64,000 nt of DNA from Candidatus Woesearchaeota archaeon (GCA_964601175.1 CAZRMJ010000002.1:5842-69841); one strand, 5' to 3'; shown: positions 9,085 through 19,515, counted from the first letter of the stretch. The notes: generated by a model from the letters alone, not told the origin. A program made the numbers and translations.

Positions 9085-9272
9085 CTAAATTAAAAACTAC
9101 CTGGGAATGTGAATGTGGATCTATTGCTTATGGCAAATTGCCTCCTGAAGAATGTTCTAAATGTGGAGAATCTGATTGTTTTATAGAAGTTGATGAGGAA
9201 CAATTTGATTCCTTAGCAGATGAAAATTTAATGAGAGAAATAAGATCAAAAGACTGGGGGGAAGAAGATTAA
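9081..9272 (+). CDS. Small rubredoxin-like / zinc-ribbon protein with acidic tail
   Basis: WECECGSIAYGKLPPEECSKCG resembles the rubrerythrin C-terminal rubredoxin motif. ATGA overlap with rpl30; ends 1 nt before rpl15. Confidence 0.75.
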   Translation: MTKLKTTWECECGSIAYGKLPPEECSKCGESDCFIEVDEEQFDSLADENLMREIRSKDWGEED

Positions 9273-9273
9273 A

Positions 9274-9675
9274 ATGAAATTAAAAAGACGTAAAAAATCA
9301 ACAAGATTTAGAGGTAGCCATACTCATGGACGTGGAGGAAAGAAAAAAGCTAGAGGAAGCGGACATAGAGGAGGATTTGGTATGGCTGGAACTGGTAAGA
9401 GAGGAGACCAGAAAAAAACCAAGATCCTTAAGAAAGGAATGGAATTATATTTTGGAAAGAGAAGAACTCAATTAACCCATAGAAAAAAATTGAAGACGTT
9501 AAATCTAGAAAGAATATCTGATTCATTTGAGGACGGAGATTATTCTGAATACAAGATTGTTGGAAAATTAATAAGAGAAGTTAAGCTAAACTTAACTGCT
9601 GGTGCTGCTTCACAAGGTGCTATAAAAAGCGTAGAAAAATACGGCGGAAAGATTTCGTTAAAATCTGAAAAATAA
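9274..9675 (+). CDS. rpl15: 50S ribosomal protein uL15
   Basis: RGSHTHGRG..KK.RGSGHRGG.GMAG; AS.GAI..VEK.GG. Confidence 0.95.
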   Translation: MKLKRRKKSTRFRGSHTHGRGGKKKARGSGHRGGFGMAGTGKRGDQKKTKILKKGMELYFGKRRTQLTHRKKLKTLNLERISDSFEDGDYSEYKIVGKLIREVKLNLTAGAASQGAIKSVEKYGGKISLKSEK

Positions 9676-9677
9676 AA

Positions 9678-10160
9678 TTATTCTAATCTTTTAACTATTG
9701 ATGCGAATAGGAAGCTGATTATCGATACAGTCAAGGTTATTGCAAACATCTCAATAAACTTTTTAGAGAATTTTTCTTTGTGCATATATGAATCATATTT
9801 GGTAAATCCAGCTATAATTGCTATTACAAACAAGAACATTATTGCAGTCGATAAATAGGGATTTTTCAAGAAAAAGTAAGGGGAAACTAAAATTAATACT
9901 GCGATTATGTAAGCAATTCCTGTATATGTTGCTGCTTTAACAGGTTTTCTTATTTTATCTTCTTTTGCAGACAAATATTCTGATGCTGCCATAGATAATG
10001 CCGCTGCAAAACCAGTTATCAGCCCTACAATGGCAATTGTTTTTGGGTCAGATAATGCAAAAGTAAATCCCACCAAGGCCCCTGATAATTCTACTAAGGC
10101 GTCATTGAGCCCTAAAACTACGGCTCCATTGTAATCTTGTTTCTTGACTCTTTTTTTCAT
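9678..10160 (-). CDS. VIT1/CCC1-family metal (Fe/Mn) transporter domain protein
   Basis: VLGLNDALVELSGALVG, GLITGFAAALSMAASEYLS, TGIAYI; 5 hydrophobic segments. Confidence 0.88.
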   Translation of the reverse strand: MKKRVKKQDYNGAVVLGLNDALVELSGALVGFTFALSDPKTIAIVGLITGFAAALSMAASEYLSAKEDKIRKPVKAATYTGIAYIIAVLILVSPYFFLKNPYLSTAIMFLFVIAIIAGFTKYDSYMHKEKFSKKFIEMFAITLTVSIISFLFASIVKRLE

Positions 10161-10217
10161 TTTCTATTTAGATCAAACATCGTGAATGTTTAAAAAGCTG
10201 TGTTTTATATGAGATTA

Positions 10218-11606
10218 ATGGTACTCAAACAGATAATGCAGGTCCTTCCAGAAGTAAAAAAACCTGAGGAAAAAAAAGTTTCGTTCAATGAAAAATTAAA
10301 GTGGACGCTTATTGTTTTAGGATTTTTCTTTTTGATGTATAATATTAAGCTTTATGGATTAAGTAGGAACTCTCTTGAAAGATTTGACTTTTTATCAACA
10401 ATCTTAGGTACTGATTTTGGATCAATAATAAGTTTGGGTATCGGACCAATAGTTACTTCTTCGATTATATTACAGCTTTTAGTTGGATCTGGAATACTAA
10501 GCATAAATACTAAAACCGAAGAAGGGAAAAGAATGTTCCAAGGTATCCAAAAACTTGGTACTTTGTTCTTTATAATTTTTGAAGCATGTATTTTCGTCTT
10601 AATGAAAGGTCTTGAAGCTATTCCTGGATATGAATTCATAGTAATATTCCAGTTAGTTCTTGGAGGACTTGCCATAATGTTTATGGATGAAGTAGTCTCT
10701 AAGTGGGGATTTGGATCTGGAGTTTCTTTATTCATAGTTTCAGGAGTTGCACTTCAAATATTTATTGGATTGTTACAGTTTGTTGGATCTGATGGCTCAA
10801 ATTGTTTAGCTGATTTTTCAAATACCCCTTGTTCAGGAAGAATATTAGTCATAATACAGTCTATAATAAATGGTGATGCTACCGGAGCTCTTTTAGCAGC
10901 TGCAGTTATCGCAGTTACAGTTTTAGTTTTCCTTGGAGTGGTTTGGGCACAGAGCTTAAAGGTAGAAATCCCATTAAGTTACGACAGACTCAGAGGTTAT
11001 GGGGTTAAATGGCCACTACAATTCTTTTATGCATCTACGCTCCCTGTAATTTTAGTTGCTGCTCTTGCCGCTAACTTGCAATTATTTGGAAGTCTTCTTC
11101 AATCTTGGCTTGGAAGAGCTACTTTCCTAGGAGGATTCCAAAATGGTCAACCTATTTCAGGACTAGCATTCTGGATACATTCCCCTAATCTTTTACAATC
11201 TGCTATTACTGGAAGTTTGTTAACTTCTCAGATATTCCAAGCGATTTTCCATGTATTATTTTATGTAATCTTTTCTACTGTATTTTCTATATTTTGGGTT
11301 AAAACTACTGGTATGGATCCAGCTGGACAAGCTAAGAATATTGCAGCTTCAGGTTTACAAGTTGCAGGATTTAGAAAAGACCCTAGAGTTATAGAAAGCA
11401 TATTAAGTAGATACGTTCTTCCACTTACCGTTATGGGTGGTTTTGCAATTGGATTGTTAGCTGCTGTTGCAAACATGTTTGGTGCATTGACATCAGGGAC
11501 TTCAATACTTCTTGCAGTTATGATACTTTATCAACTGTATCAGAACATTGCTCAACAACACTCGTTAGATATGCATCCTTCACTTAGGAAAATGATGGGA
11601 GGTTAA
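10218..11606 (+). CDS. secY: Preprotein translocase subunit SecY
   Basis: LGIGPIVTSSIILQLL.G, KWG.GSGVSLFI, FFYASTLPVIL, GFRKDPR, GTSILLAV. Start could be ATG 10209 or 10218. Confidence 0.97.
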   Translation: MVLKQIMQVLPEVKKPEEKKVSFNEKLKWTLIVLGFFFLMYNIKLYGLSRNSLERFDFLSTILGTDFGSIISLGIGPIVTSSIILQLLVGSGILSINTKTEEGKRMFQGIQKLGTLFFIIFEACIFVLMKGLEAIPGYEFIVIFQLVLGGLAIMFMDEVVSKWGFGSGVSLFIVSGVALQIFIGLLQFVGSDGSNCLADFSNTPCSGRILVIIQSIINGDATGALLAAAVIAVTVLVFLGVVWAQSLKVEIPLSYDRLRGYGVKWPLQFFYASTLPVILVAALAANLQLFGSLLQSWLGRATFLGGFQNGQPISGLAFWIHSPNLLQSAITGSLLTSQIFQAIFHVLFYVIFSTVFSIFWVKTTGMDPAGQAKNIAASGLQVAGFRKDPRVIESILSRYVLPLTVMGGFAIGLLAAVANMFGALTSGTSILLAVMILYQLYQNIAQQHSLDMHPSLRKMMGG

Positions 11607-11607
11607 A

Positions 11608-12132
11608 ATGAAAGGAATGGGAATAATGTTTTTGGTGATGATGATTTCATTAGCTGTTGCTTTCTTCTGGAATCATGTTCCTGCAATAAGTGAAGGAGTT
11701 CATGCGGCATTAGATCCTTCCTTGGGAAAATTGCTTAATTGGGATGTTACTTTAGGACTTATTTTAATTACTGCAATCCTAAATCTAATCACAACATTAT
11801 TGCATAAAAATATCACAGATCAAGATCTTTTGAAACAGCTTAGAGACGAACAAAAAATTGTAAACGAAGAAATGAAACTTTATAGAAATAATCCTGAAAA
11901 ATCGATGGAACTTTCTAAAAAATCGATGGAACTTGCGATGAAAACTATGCCGATAACTATGAGACCTGCAATGTATACAATAATACCTTTTGTATTACTT
12001 ATAAGATGGTTCGGAGATTATTTTAAAGATCACCCCGCAAAGATATTAGGATTTATGTCTGGAACATGGGCTTATATTGTGTTCTTCATAATATTCTCAA
12101 TAATATTCAGAAAACTGTTAAAAGTCCATTAA
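11608..12132 (+). CDS. EMC3/TMCO1 (DUF106, Oxa1-superfamily) membrane protein
   Basis: TM-coiled coil-TM layout, MRPAMYTIIPF..I.RW, C-terminal W.YI..II.SIIFRK.L; conserved position after secY. Confidence 0.88.
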   Translation: MKGMGIMFLVMMISLAVAFFWNHVPAISEGVHAALDPSLGKLLNWDVTLGLILITAILNLITTLLHKNITDQDLLKQLRDEQKIVNEEMKLYRNNPEKSMELSKKSMELAMKTMPITMRPAMYTIIPFVLLIRWFGDYFKDHPAKILGFMSGTWAYIVFFIIFSIIFRKLLKVH

Positions 12133-12169
12133 GAGCAAGGTTTTTATAACGTGATTATTGGGAGGACCT

Positions 12170-12538
12170 ATGAATAACGAAAAAATAGAGCTTATCAATA
12201 GTCTTAATTCTAGATATGAAACTATTGTTGAACAACTTAAGATCATTGAACAACAAATCTCTGAATTAAGCACATTTGAAGAAGAGTTAGGAATCATAAA
12301 AGAAAAGTCTTCTCAAGATATGCTTGTTCAAATTGGAAAGTCTGTTTTCGCTCAGGTAAAGATAGATCCTTCAAGTAAACTTCTTGTTGATGTTGGAGCA
12401 GGTCACTTTATTAATAAGAATATTGATGAAGTAAAACTAATTGTTTTAGAGCAGAAAAAAAGACTTGAGTCTTTCAAACTGCAAATGTCTCCAGAACTGG
12501 ATAAGATAACTCAAGATTTACAGAGCATTATTTATTAA
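12170..12538 (+). CDS. pfdA: Prefoldin subunit alpha
   Basis: Coiled coil, then LVQIGKSVF...LLVDVGAGHFINK beta hairpins, then coiled coil. GGAGG just upstream of ATG 12170. Confidence 0.88.
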   Translation: MNNEKIELINSLNSRYETIVEQLKIIEQQISELSTFEEELGIIKEKSSQDMLVQIGKSVFAQVKIDPSSKLLVDVGAGHFINKNIDEVKLIVLEQKKRLESFKLQMSPELDKITQDLQSIIY

Positions 12539-13332
12539 TAATTTTTTATAGATTTTTTTACTTGTTTAATAAAATCCTTGTGAGGTAAAACCCCGAGTTC
12601 TGAAACTATTGCAGTTATTTGTTTAGAAGGAATAATTTCAAAGGAGGGATTTTCGATTTTGATCTTATTAGGTGATTTTGGCCACAGCTCATCACGGGAA
12701 CGGATTTCAATTTTTACTTTCTTTTTTGAAAACTTCCAAGAATCTGTTACTATATACAATGGTTTCTTCAGGTCTCTAGCAATTTTCGCGATCAGGCCCG
12801 AACCAATCTTATTTATTACTCCTTTTTTAGTTATTGCGTCGGCTCCAATCATTATTAGATCTGCTTTTTTTATGTCTTCTAAGATTGCAGAATCTACTGA
12901 CATGGATATAGGTATACCCGATTTAGATAACTGCTTTGCAGTTAAGTGGCCTTGGTATAGGGGTCTTGTTTCAGTGTTTATTACTGAAAACCTTTTTTTG
13001 TTTTTATGAGCAGAGATTAATGATTTAACTAATGTGTTTGAATGACAATGGGTGAATATTACATCCTTAGAGTGGATCATTTTTTGAATGTAATGATTTA
13101 TGAATTCTTGAGCGTTATCAAAGTGATTCAATACATTTTCCATTGAAGACTTTCTTAATATTGAAAGAGAGTTTACAAGCATCGGTTCTGTCGGTCTCAA
13201 TTTTGTCAGGATCTTTATAGATTTCTTTGTAGGTTTTAAGCAATATGCCCCCACTGCAGCTTTAGCAACATTAGTTGCTCCTTGTATCTTTACGGATTTG
13301 ATATCATTACATATCCTCGAGAATTTATCCAT
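12535..13332 (-). CDS. Ribose-1,5-bisphosphate isomerase (eIF2B alpha/beta/delta-like family)
   Basis: KIQGA.NVA, RPTEP, THCHS, TETRPLYQG, GADAIT, NKIGS, NP.FE. Confidence 0.85.
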   Translation of the reverse strand: MDKFSRICNDIKSVKIQGATNVAKAAVGAYCLKPTKKSIKILTKLRPTEPMLVNSLSILRKSSMENVLNHFDNAQEFINHYIQKMIHSKDVIFTHCHSNTLVKSLISAHKNKKRFSVINTETRPLYQGHLTAKQLSKSGIPISMSVDSAILEDIKKADLIMIGADAITKKGVINKIGSGLIAKIARDLKKPLYIVTDSWKFSKKKVKIEIRSRDELWPKSPNKIKIENPSFEIIPSKQITAIVSELGVLPHKDFIKQVKKSIKNY

Positions 13333-13392
13333 TACTTGATTAAAGCCAACATATATAAAAAGGTAAGTTATTTTTCTTCAAGGTGATGATTT

Positions 13393-14253
13393 ATGTTTGA
13401 GATGCTTATTAATCCTGCTAAGGCTGAAAGGAAGCCTTGGGAGATGTTTTTTGTGGGTGCTTTCTATGCAAGCGTTTCAATACTTTTGGTAGAATTAATC
13501 TTCAAAAATGATCCTGTATTGAGTACTGCCAGCGGAATACTAGTTGTAGCATTTACAGTAATGTTTTCGATACCATTTATGTTTTACATGTTTAGAATAG
13601 AAGAAACTAGATCTTCTCAAGAAGGAGAGGGTTCTCTTCAATTAATTAAGGACCATAGAAAGGCTCTTTGGGCATTCATGTGGCTCTTTGTTGGTTTTGT
13701 CATAGGATTTTCTTTTTGGTATATACTACTCCCAACAACAGAGAGCTTACAACAACAAGTCGGGACTTATTGTTTAATTAATCAACCTAGCAATGACAAA
13801 TGTGTTGAAACATTAACTGCTAAAGATCAGACTAGCCCTACTGCATTTGCAACAAATAAAGAAAGGATGTTTTTGATTTTTGCTAATAATACTTATGTTC
13901 TGATATTTACATTAGTCTTTTCTTTAATATTTGGGGCCGGAGTTATATTCATACTTGCTTGGAATGCTAGTGTTATTGCCGCAGCAATAGCAATATTTAC
14001 GAGATCTGATCTGAATTATCTTCCTGCTGCAATACTTAGGTATTTTGTTCATGGACTTCCAGAAATAGGATCCTATTTCATCGGTGCATTGGCTGGAGGA
14101 ATGATTTCTTTCGCAGTAATAAGGAGAGATATTGGTACTGAAAGATTTTGGAAAGTTTTGCAAGATTCTCTAAATCTAATAATCCTTGCAGTTATTCTTT
14201 TGTTTGTCTCTGCGTTAATAGAAGTTTTTGTTACTCCTTTGTTTTTTACTTAA
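13393..14253 (+). CDS. Stage II sporulation protein M (SpoIIM/DUF95) family membrane protein
   Basis: IF.NN..V, ILAWNASVI, HGLPEI.SYF...LAGG, LL..SALIEV.VTP. Confidence 0.85.
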   Translation: MFEMLINPAKAERKPWEMFFVGAFYASVSILLVELIFKNDPVLSTASGILVVAFTVMFSIPFMFYMFRIEETRSSQEGEGSLQLIKDHRKALWAFMWLFVGFVIGFSFWYILLPTTESLQQQVGTYCLINQPSNDKCVETLTAKDQTSPTAFATNKERMFLIFANNTYVLIFTLVFSLIFGAGVIFILAWNASVIAAAIAIFTRSDLNYLPAAILRYFVHGLPEIGSYFIGALAGGMISFAVIRRDIGTERFWKVLQDSLNLIILAVILLFVSALIEVFVTPLFFT

Positions 14254-14293
14254 CATTAATAAGCTTTAAATAAGAGTTTTTACCAGTTCATTA

Positions 14294-16984
14294 ATGAATG
14301 AGGGAAGCTCTGAGGAAACTCTTGAAGGCTTAAAAAAAACATATTCTTTTTTCAAGAAAAGATTTGATGTTGTAACTTATGTTCTTCTATTTTTTGTAGT
14401 TTATCTAGCCCTTTGGATAAGAACTCGCAATCTTCCAGGATTAAGGGACATAACAACTGGAGGTTGGACCCTGGGGCCTGATTTGGATCCTTTTCTTTTC
14501 TTAAGATGGTCTAAAGATATTGTAGAAAATGGTTCTCTTTTTGTAGTCGATCCATTGCGTTATATTCCTCTTGGATATCACACCAATGGCGAACTAATCT
14601 TACTTCCACACCTTATGGCTTGGTTCCACAATTTTTTGAGCATTTTTTCTAATATTTCGATAGAACATTCAGCAGCCTTATTCCCAGTAGTAATGTTTGG
14701 CTTGACAGTAATCTCATTTTTCATATTAACAAGAGAATTATTTAGGAATAGCCTGTCTCCTCAAAAAGCAAACTATGCTGCTTTAATTTCATCAGGGTTC
14801 CTTTCTATATTCCCTTCAATATTACCTAGGACCATTGCAGGAATTCCTGAAAAAGAATCTGCTGCATTCTTTTTTATGTTTACTGCGTTTTATTTTTTGA
14901 TTAAATCCTGGAATTCTCATGGAAAATACAAAAATTATTTGTTTGCATTACTTTCAGGAATATTTACTGCCGGAATGTCTTTAATTTGGGGAGGATTTGT
15001 ATATATCTTCTTTGTTATCGGAATAGCATTACTTTCAGCTTACTTTTTACATTCGTTAAATTACAAAAAAATCTTTATAACTCTTACATGGATGATTTCT
15101 TCTTTTGCAATTATGATCCCTTATTCTAGTAGATACGATCTTTTAGGTCTTTTAAAATCTACAATGACAATTCCAATACTAATCGCAATTTTTTCATTCA
15201 TCTTAGAAGATAAGGTGTTAAAGAATTGGCACAAAAGTTATAATTTGGGAAAATATAAGATTCCTAAAAAGGCAATATCATTTTTTGCAATAGTAATATT
15301 AGGAATATTAGTTCTCACGATAGTTGATTTTAGTTTTATTGCTAAAACATTGGACAATATCAAGCAAACATTGATAGAACCTATAGTGGATAGATTTGGA
15401 GTCACTGTTGCTGAAAATAGGCAACCATATCTTAGAGAATGGACATCTAGCTTTGGTCCGACAATTGGTTCTGTTGATTTGAGTTTTTGGATAATGATTT
15501 TCGGAATAGCTATGTTTTTCTTTTCTTACTTTTCTTTTGGATCGGTTAAGAAAAAAGTCATTCTTACTTCGTCTTTTGTTTTCATGTTCTTAGCCATAGG
15601 GTTTAGTAGATATTCTCCAAGTAGTTTATTTAATGGCGTAAATTTTGCAAGTATGTTCCTTTATTTTGGATCAATTATCCTATTTTTGATTATGGCCATT
15701 AAGGCTTGCAGTAAAGAGCCTGTGGAAACGCTTTCCGGAATTAGATTTGAGAAGATTTTTGTATTGTCTGCTTTCATATTTGGATACATTGCAGCTAGAT
15801 CTTCTGTTAGAACCACTATGGTTCTTGTTCCTGCTGCTTCAATAGTTATAGGATATTTATTGACTGTAGCTACATCTAGGATGGTAAAAGATTTGAATAT
15901 GAAAAAGGTTTCTGTGGTTACAATAATATCTGCTATTATCATATTGAGCTCCATATTTTCTGCATACCAACTTTATAGAACAAGTAATGCTATTGCTAGT
16001 AGCTATGTTCCTAGTGCCTATACTCAACAATGGCAAAGTGCGATGAAATGGGTAAGGGATAGTACTCCTAAAAATGCTGTCTTTGCCCACTGGTGGGATT
16101 ATGGATACTGGGTACAAACAATAGGAGAAAGAGCAACAGTTCTTGATGGTGGAAACGCAATAGTTTATTGGGATTATTTGATGGGTAGATATGGATTAAC
16201 TGAAACGAATCAAAAAGAGACATTAGATTTCTTTTATTCGCATAATGTAACTCATTTCTTAATAGACTCTACAGATATTGGGAAATATACTGCATTTTCG
16301 AGCATAGGATCTAATGAGTCATACGATAGAAGAAGCTGGATACCTACATTTTTGAAAGACGGATCTCAAACAAGCGAAAGGAAAAATTACACCCTTTATG
16401 TATATTCTGCTGGATCAGTAATAGATAAAGATATCAAATATAATTTGAATGGATCGGAGATTTTCTTGCCTGAAGGTAAAGCTTATATTGCAGCAGTAGC
16501 AATTTCAGTAAGCAAAGAGACCGGTGAAATTTCTGAAGTGTATGGTATATACTTCATGAATCAAAAAACTTATCAGATACCTTTGAGATATTATTATTCT
16601 CAAAAAGATGGCTTTGTAGATACCGGAAAGGGCCTTGATGCTGGAATATTTATTTATCCTAGAGTGGTTTTAGACTCTCAAGGAAGTGGTGGCAGCATAG
16701 ATCCTATAGGTGCAATGCTTTACCTTAGTCCTAAGACGGTTAAGAGCAATCTTGCTAGATATTATCTTTATGGAGAAGAAAACAGTTATGTAAAATTAGC
16801 CCACTCTGAAGAAGATTCATTGATTAAATTCTTGAGATCCCAAGGTCAAAGTGTTGGAGATTTTATTTATTATAATGAATTTAAAGGACCTATAAAAATA
16901 TGGAATATTAGTTATCCTAAAGACGTTAAGTTCCATGAAGACTATGTTACCCTTGAAGCCCCTAAGTTCCTTTCTAAGGTGTAA
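14294..16984 (+). CDS. aglB: Oligosaccharyltransferase AglB (STT3 family)
   Basis: WWDYGYW motif, DIGKY (DK motif), N-terminal DLDPF..R, TVAE loop, many TM segments. Confidence 0.95.
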   Translation: MNEGSSEETLEGLKKTYSFFKKRFDVVTYVLLFFVVYLALWIRTRNLPGLRDITTGGWTLGPDLDPFLFLRWSKDIVENGSLFVVDPLRYIPLGYHTNGELILLPHLMAWFHNFLSIFSNISIEHSAALFPVVMFGLTVISFFILTRELFRNSLSPQKANYAALISSGFLSIFPSILPRTIAGIPEKESAAFFFMFTAFYFLIKSWNSHGKYKNYLFALLSGIFTAGMSLIWGGFVYIFFVIGIALLSAYFLHSLNYKKIFITLTWMISSFAIMIPYSSRYDLLGLLKSTMTIPILIAIFSFILEDKVLKNWHKSYNLGKYKIPKKAISFFAIVILGILVLTIVDFSFIAKTLDNIKQTLIEPIVDRFGVTVAENRQPYLREWTSSFGPTIGSVDLSFWIMIFGIAMFFFSYFSFGSVKKKVILTSSFVFMFLAIGFSRYSPSSLFNGVNFASMFLYFGSIILFLIMAIKACSKEPVETLSGIRFEKIFVLSAFIFGYIAARSSVRTTMVLVPAASIVIGYLLTVATSRMVKDLNMKKVSVVTIISAIIILSSIFSAYQLYRTSNAIASSYVPSAYTQQWQSAMKWVRDSTPKNAVFAHWWDYGYWVQTIGERATVLDGGNAIVYWDYLMGRYGLTETNQKETLDFFYSHNVTHFLIDSTDIGKYTAFSSIGSNESYDRRSWIPTFLKDGSQTSERKNYTLYVYSAGSVIDKDIKYNLNGSEIFLPEGKAYIAAVAISVSKETGEISEVYGIYFMNQKTYQIPLRYYYSQKDGFVDTGKGLDAGIFIYPRVVLDSQGSGGSIDPIGAMLYLSPKTVKSNLARYYLYGEENSYVKLAHSEEDSLIKFLRSQGQSVGDFIYYNEFKGPIKIWNISYPKDVKFHEDYVTLEAPKFLSKV

Positions 16985-17022
16985 TTAAGCTAATTTAAAA
17001 ATAATCGTTCCATTTGTTTCTA

Positions 17023-18249
17023 ATGTTTAACAAGAGCTTAGTTAAGGGAGGAGCAATACTTTTCATTGCTTTTGGTCTTTTTAATTTCCTAAACTTTCTT
17101 TATCAGTTTGCAATGGCTCGTTTTCTTTCTGTTTCAGATTATGGGGTTTTAGCCACAGTTTTTGCTTTGATATATATATTTTCGATATTCTCCGAATCTA
17201 TACAAACAGTTGTTGCCAAATATGCTACTGATGGAAAAAATCCCGGGCAATTAAGAAATCTTTTATCTAGATCCTTAAGAAAAGGATGGTCTACGGCAAC
17301 TAAAATCTTTTTAGGTTATGTCCTAATTTCAATCGTTCTAGCTTATGTATTTAAGATAAATTACCTATTACTTTTATTGAATGGGATTGTTATTTATTTG
17401 ATGTTCTTACTCCCTGTTACCAGGGGCATTACTCAAGGAAGGAAGAAATTTGCTGGACTTGGAGTTAATTTGGTTCTTGAAGCTGGACTTAAAATTTTAT
17501 TTGCAGTTTTATTTGTTTTCCTTGGATGGAAAGTTTATGGTGCAATCTCAGGCGTAGTTTTTGGTGCGATTCTTGCATTTTTATTTTCGTTTATCCCCTT
17601 AAGATATTTGTATAAGTCCAAAGAAGAAAAGTTTAATGCAGAAGGCATTTATTCTTATGCAAAGCCTACTATATTCATAACTGCAGTTATAGTTTTCTTT
17701 TATAGTATAGATATAATTGCATCTAAAATATTCTTTTCTCCTGAAATTGCAGGGTCTTATGCAATTGCTTCAATTCTTGGAAAAATAATATTCTGGAGCT
17801 CTGTGCCAATAGTGAAAGCAATGTTCCCTTTGTCTGCAGAATCTAAGAAAGACTCTAAGGCTAATAATAATGTTCTTTTAACTTCTATATCAATAGTTTC
17901 TTTGATTATTTTAGGAGGCTTGGTATTATTTTACTTTTTTTCAGATCCAATTATATCCATATTTTCTGGAAAAGAAATAACTCAATCTTCTAAGATACTT
18001 TTCCCCTTGGGAATTGCATTTAGTTTCTTATCTCTTTCTAACCTGGTTTTGCTTTATACTCTCTCATTAGGGCCTGTTAAGAAATATACTATACTTGTTT
18101 TGTGCAACCTTCTTGAGGTTTTAGTCTTATTCGTTACCCCTATCCTATATCCAGGAAATCTTGAATTATTTGTAGGATCTTTTGTATTTTCATCATTGGT
18201 ACTTTTTGCTGGTTCCCTAATGTTTTCTAAATTGAACCGACATGTTTAA
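17023..18249 (+). CDS. Oligosaccharide flippase (Wzx/MOP superfamily)
   Basis: N..NFLYQF.MARFLS.SDYG; ~12 TM segments; D.I..K.FF...AG.YA.AS..GK. Confidence 0.88.
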   Translation: MFNKSLVKGGAILFIAFGLFNFLNFLYQFAMARFLSVSDYGVLATVFALIYIFSIFSESIQTVVAKYATDGKNPGQLRNLLSRSLRKGWSTATKIFLGYVLISIVLAYVFKINYLLLLLNGIVIYLMFLLPVTRGITQGRKKFAGLGVNLVLEAGLKILFAVLFVFLGWKVYGAISGVVFGAILAFLFSFIPLRYLYKSKEEKFNAEGIYSYAKPTIFITAVIVFFYSIDIIASKIFFSPEIAGSYAIASILGKIIFWSSVPIVKAMFPLSAESKKDSKANNNVLLTSISIVSLIILGGLVLFYFFSDPIISIFSGKEITQSSKILFPLGIAFSFLSLSNLVLLYTLSLGPVKKYTILVLCNLLEVLVLFVTPILYPGNLELFVGSFVFSSLVLFAGSLMFSKLNRHV

Positions 18250-18272
18250 AACACTAATTCATAGGATTTTAT

Positions 18273-19034
18273 ATGAATAAACTTGCAATTGTTATCCCGG
18301 CACACAATGAAGAAAAAAGAATAGGGGCTACTCTGAAATCTTACTTATCTTATTTTAAGAATATTAAGGGGGCAGACATAATAGTCGTTATTAATGCTTG
18401 TACTGATAACACTAGAAATATAGTATATCAAAATAGAAATAATCGCTTAAAAATTTTAGAGTTTGTCAAAGGTGGAAAGGGTTTTGCAGTTATTGAAGGT
18501 TTTAGATATTCATTAAATAATGATTATGATTTTGTAGGCTTTGTAGATGCTGATATGTCAACGAAACCTGACGAATTTTATAGACTTTTTTCAAAAATTA
18601 AAGGATGTGATGGAGTTATAGCCAGTAGATATTTAAGAGGAGCTAAATTAAATCCCAAAAATACATTTCTTAGGATTATTGCTTCTAGAGTATATAATTT
18701 GTTTATTAGATCGCTATTAATGATCCCTTATAAGGACACTCAATGCGGGGCTAAGATTTTCAAGGCTAGTTCATTAGGAAAAATTATTGATACTTTGGGA
18801 ATGACAAGTTGGGCCTTTGATATAGAACTTTTATATAAGCTTTCTAAAAAAGGATTCAAAATCTTGGAAGAACCTACTATCTGGTCAAATAAGGAAGGAT
18901 CTAAAATAAACTTTTGGCAATCTGGTCCTTGGATGGCACTCGCAGTCTTTCGTTTGAGAATCCTTAATTCTCCTTTTAAAGATGTTGTTAGAGCATATGA
19001 TAAATTTATAGGTATGTTTAAACCTGCTAAATAA
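18273..19034 (+). CDS. GT2 polyprenol-phosphate glycosyltransferase (Alg5/DPG-synthase-like)
   Basis: IVIPAHNEEKRI, GKG.AV..G, FVDADMS, DTQCGAKIF, WAFDIELL. Confidence 0.88.
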   Translation: MNKLAIVIPAHNEEKRIGATLKSYLSYFKNIKGADIIVVINACTDNTRNIVYQNRNNRLKILEFVKGGKGFAVIEGFRYSLNNDYDFVGFVDADMSTKPDEFYRLFSKIKGCDGVIASRYLRGAKLNPKNTFLRIIASRVYNLFIRSLLMIPYKDTQCGAKIFKASSLGKIIDTLGMTSWAFDIELLYKLSKKGFKILEEPTIWSNKEGSKINFWQSGPWMALAVFRLRILNSPFKDVVRAYDKFIGMFKPAK

Positions 19035-19035
19035 T

Positions 19036-19515
19036 ATGGTAAAAAATATTGCTATAATAACCTCCAAAGGAGGGCACCTTGGACAGATGAAACTCCTATT
19101 TACGGATAAAGTTATAAGAAAAGATAATTGCATACTCATAACTGAAGATATTAAACCTTCTATCAAAAAAAACTCTTTTTTAGGAAAATACACTACTTAT
19201 TTTTTTAAGAAAGATTTGCTCCTTAGGCTTAACCCATTTAATTATTTGAAAACTTTAATTCAGATTATCAAAATTTTAAAGAATGAAAAAATAAATTTGA
19301 TATTTACAAATGGTGCTCAAATATCAATACCTGCCGTTATTGCTGGAAGAATTCTTGGAATAAAAACAATATTTATAGATACTGTCATAAGAGTAAAAAC
19401 TCCTAATTGGTCCGCTAGAGCTTGTTATATTTTTGCTAGTGAATTTTGGGTTCAACATAGCAACATGGCTAAAAAATATGGTAAAAAATCTAAATATGTT
19501 GGAGGAATAGTATGA
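19036..19515 (+). CDS. Alg14/PssD(CpsF)-like glycosyltransferase subunit
   Basis: SKGGHL.QM, T.GA.ISIP, IFIDT..RV..P, F.VQ. Confidence 0.88.
   Translation: MVKNIAIITSKGGHLGQMKLLFTDKVIRKDNCILITEDIKPSIKKNSFLGKYTTYFFKKDLLLRLNPFNYLKTLIQIIKILKNEKINLIFTNGAQISIPAVIAGRILGIKTIFIDTVIRVKTPNWSARACYIFASEFWVQHSNMAKKYGKKSKYVGGIV

Noticed and set aside
11897..11934. 21-nt-period duplication AAAAATCGATGGAACTT in the EMC3-like gene
   Set aside because: Two copies only, in frame, encoding a coiled-coil heptad; not an array.
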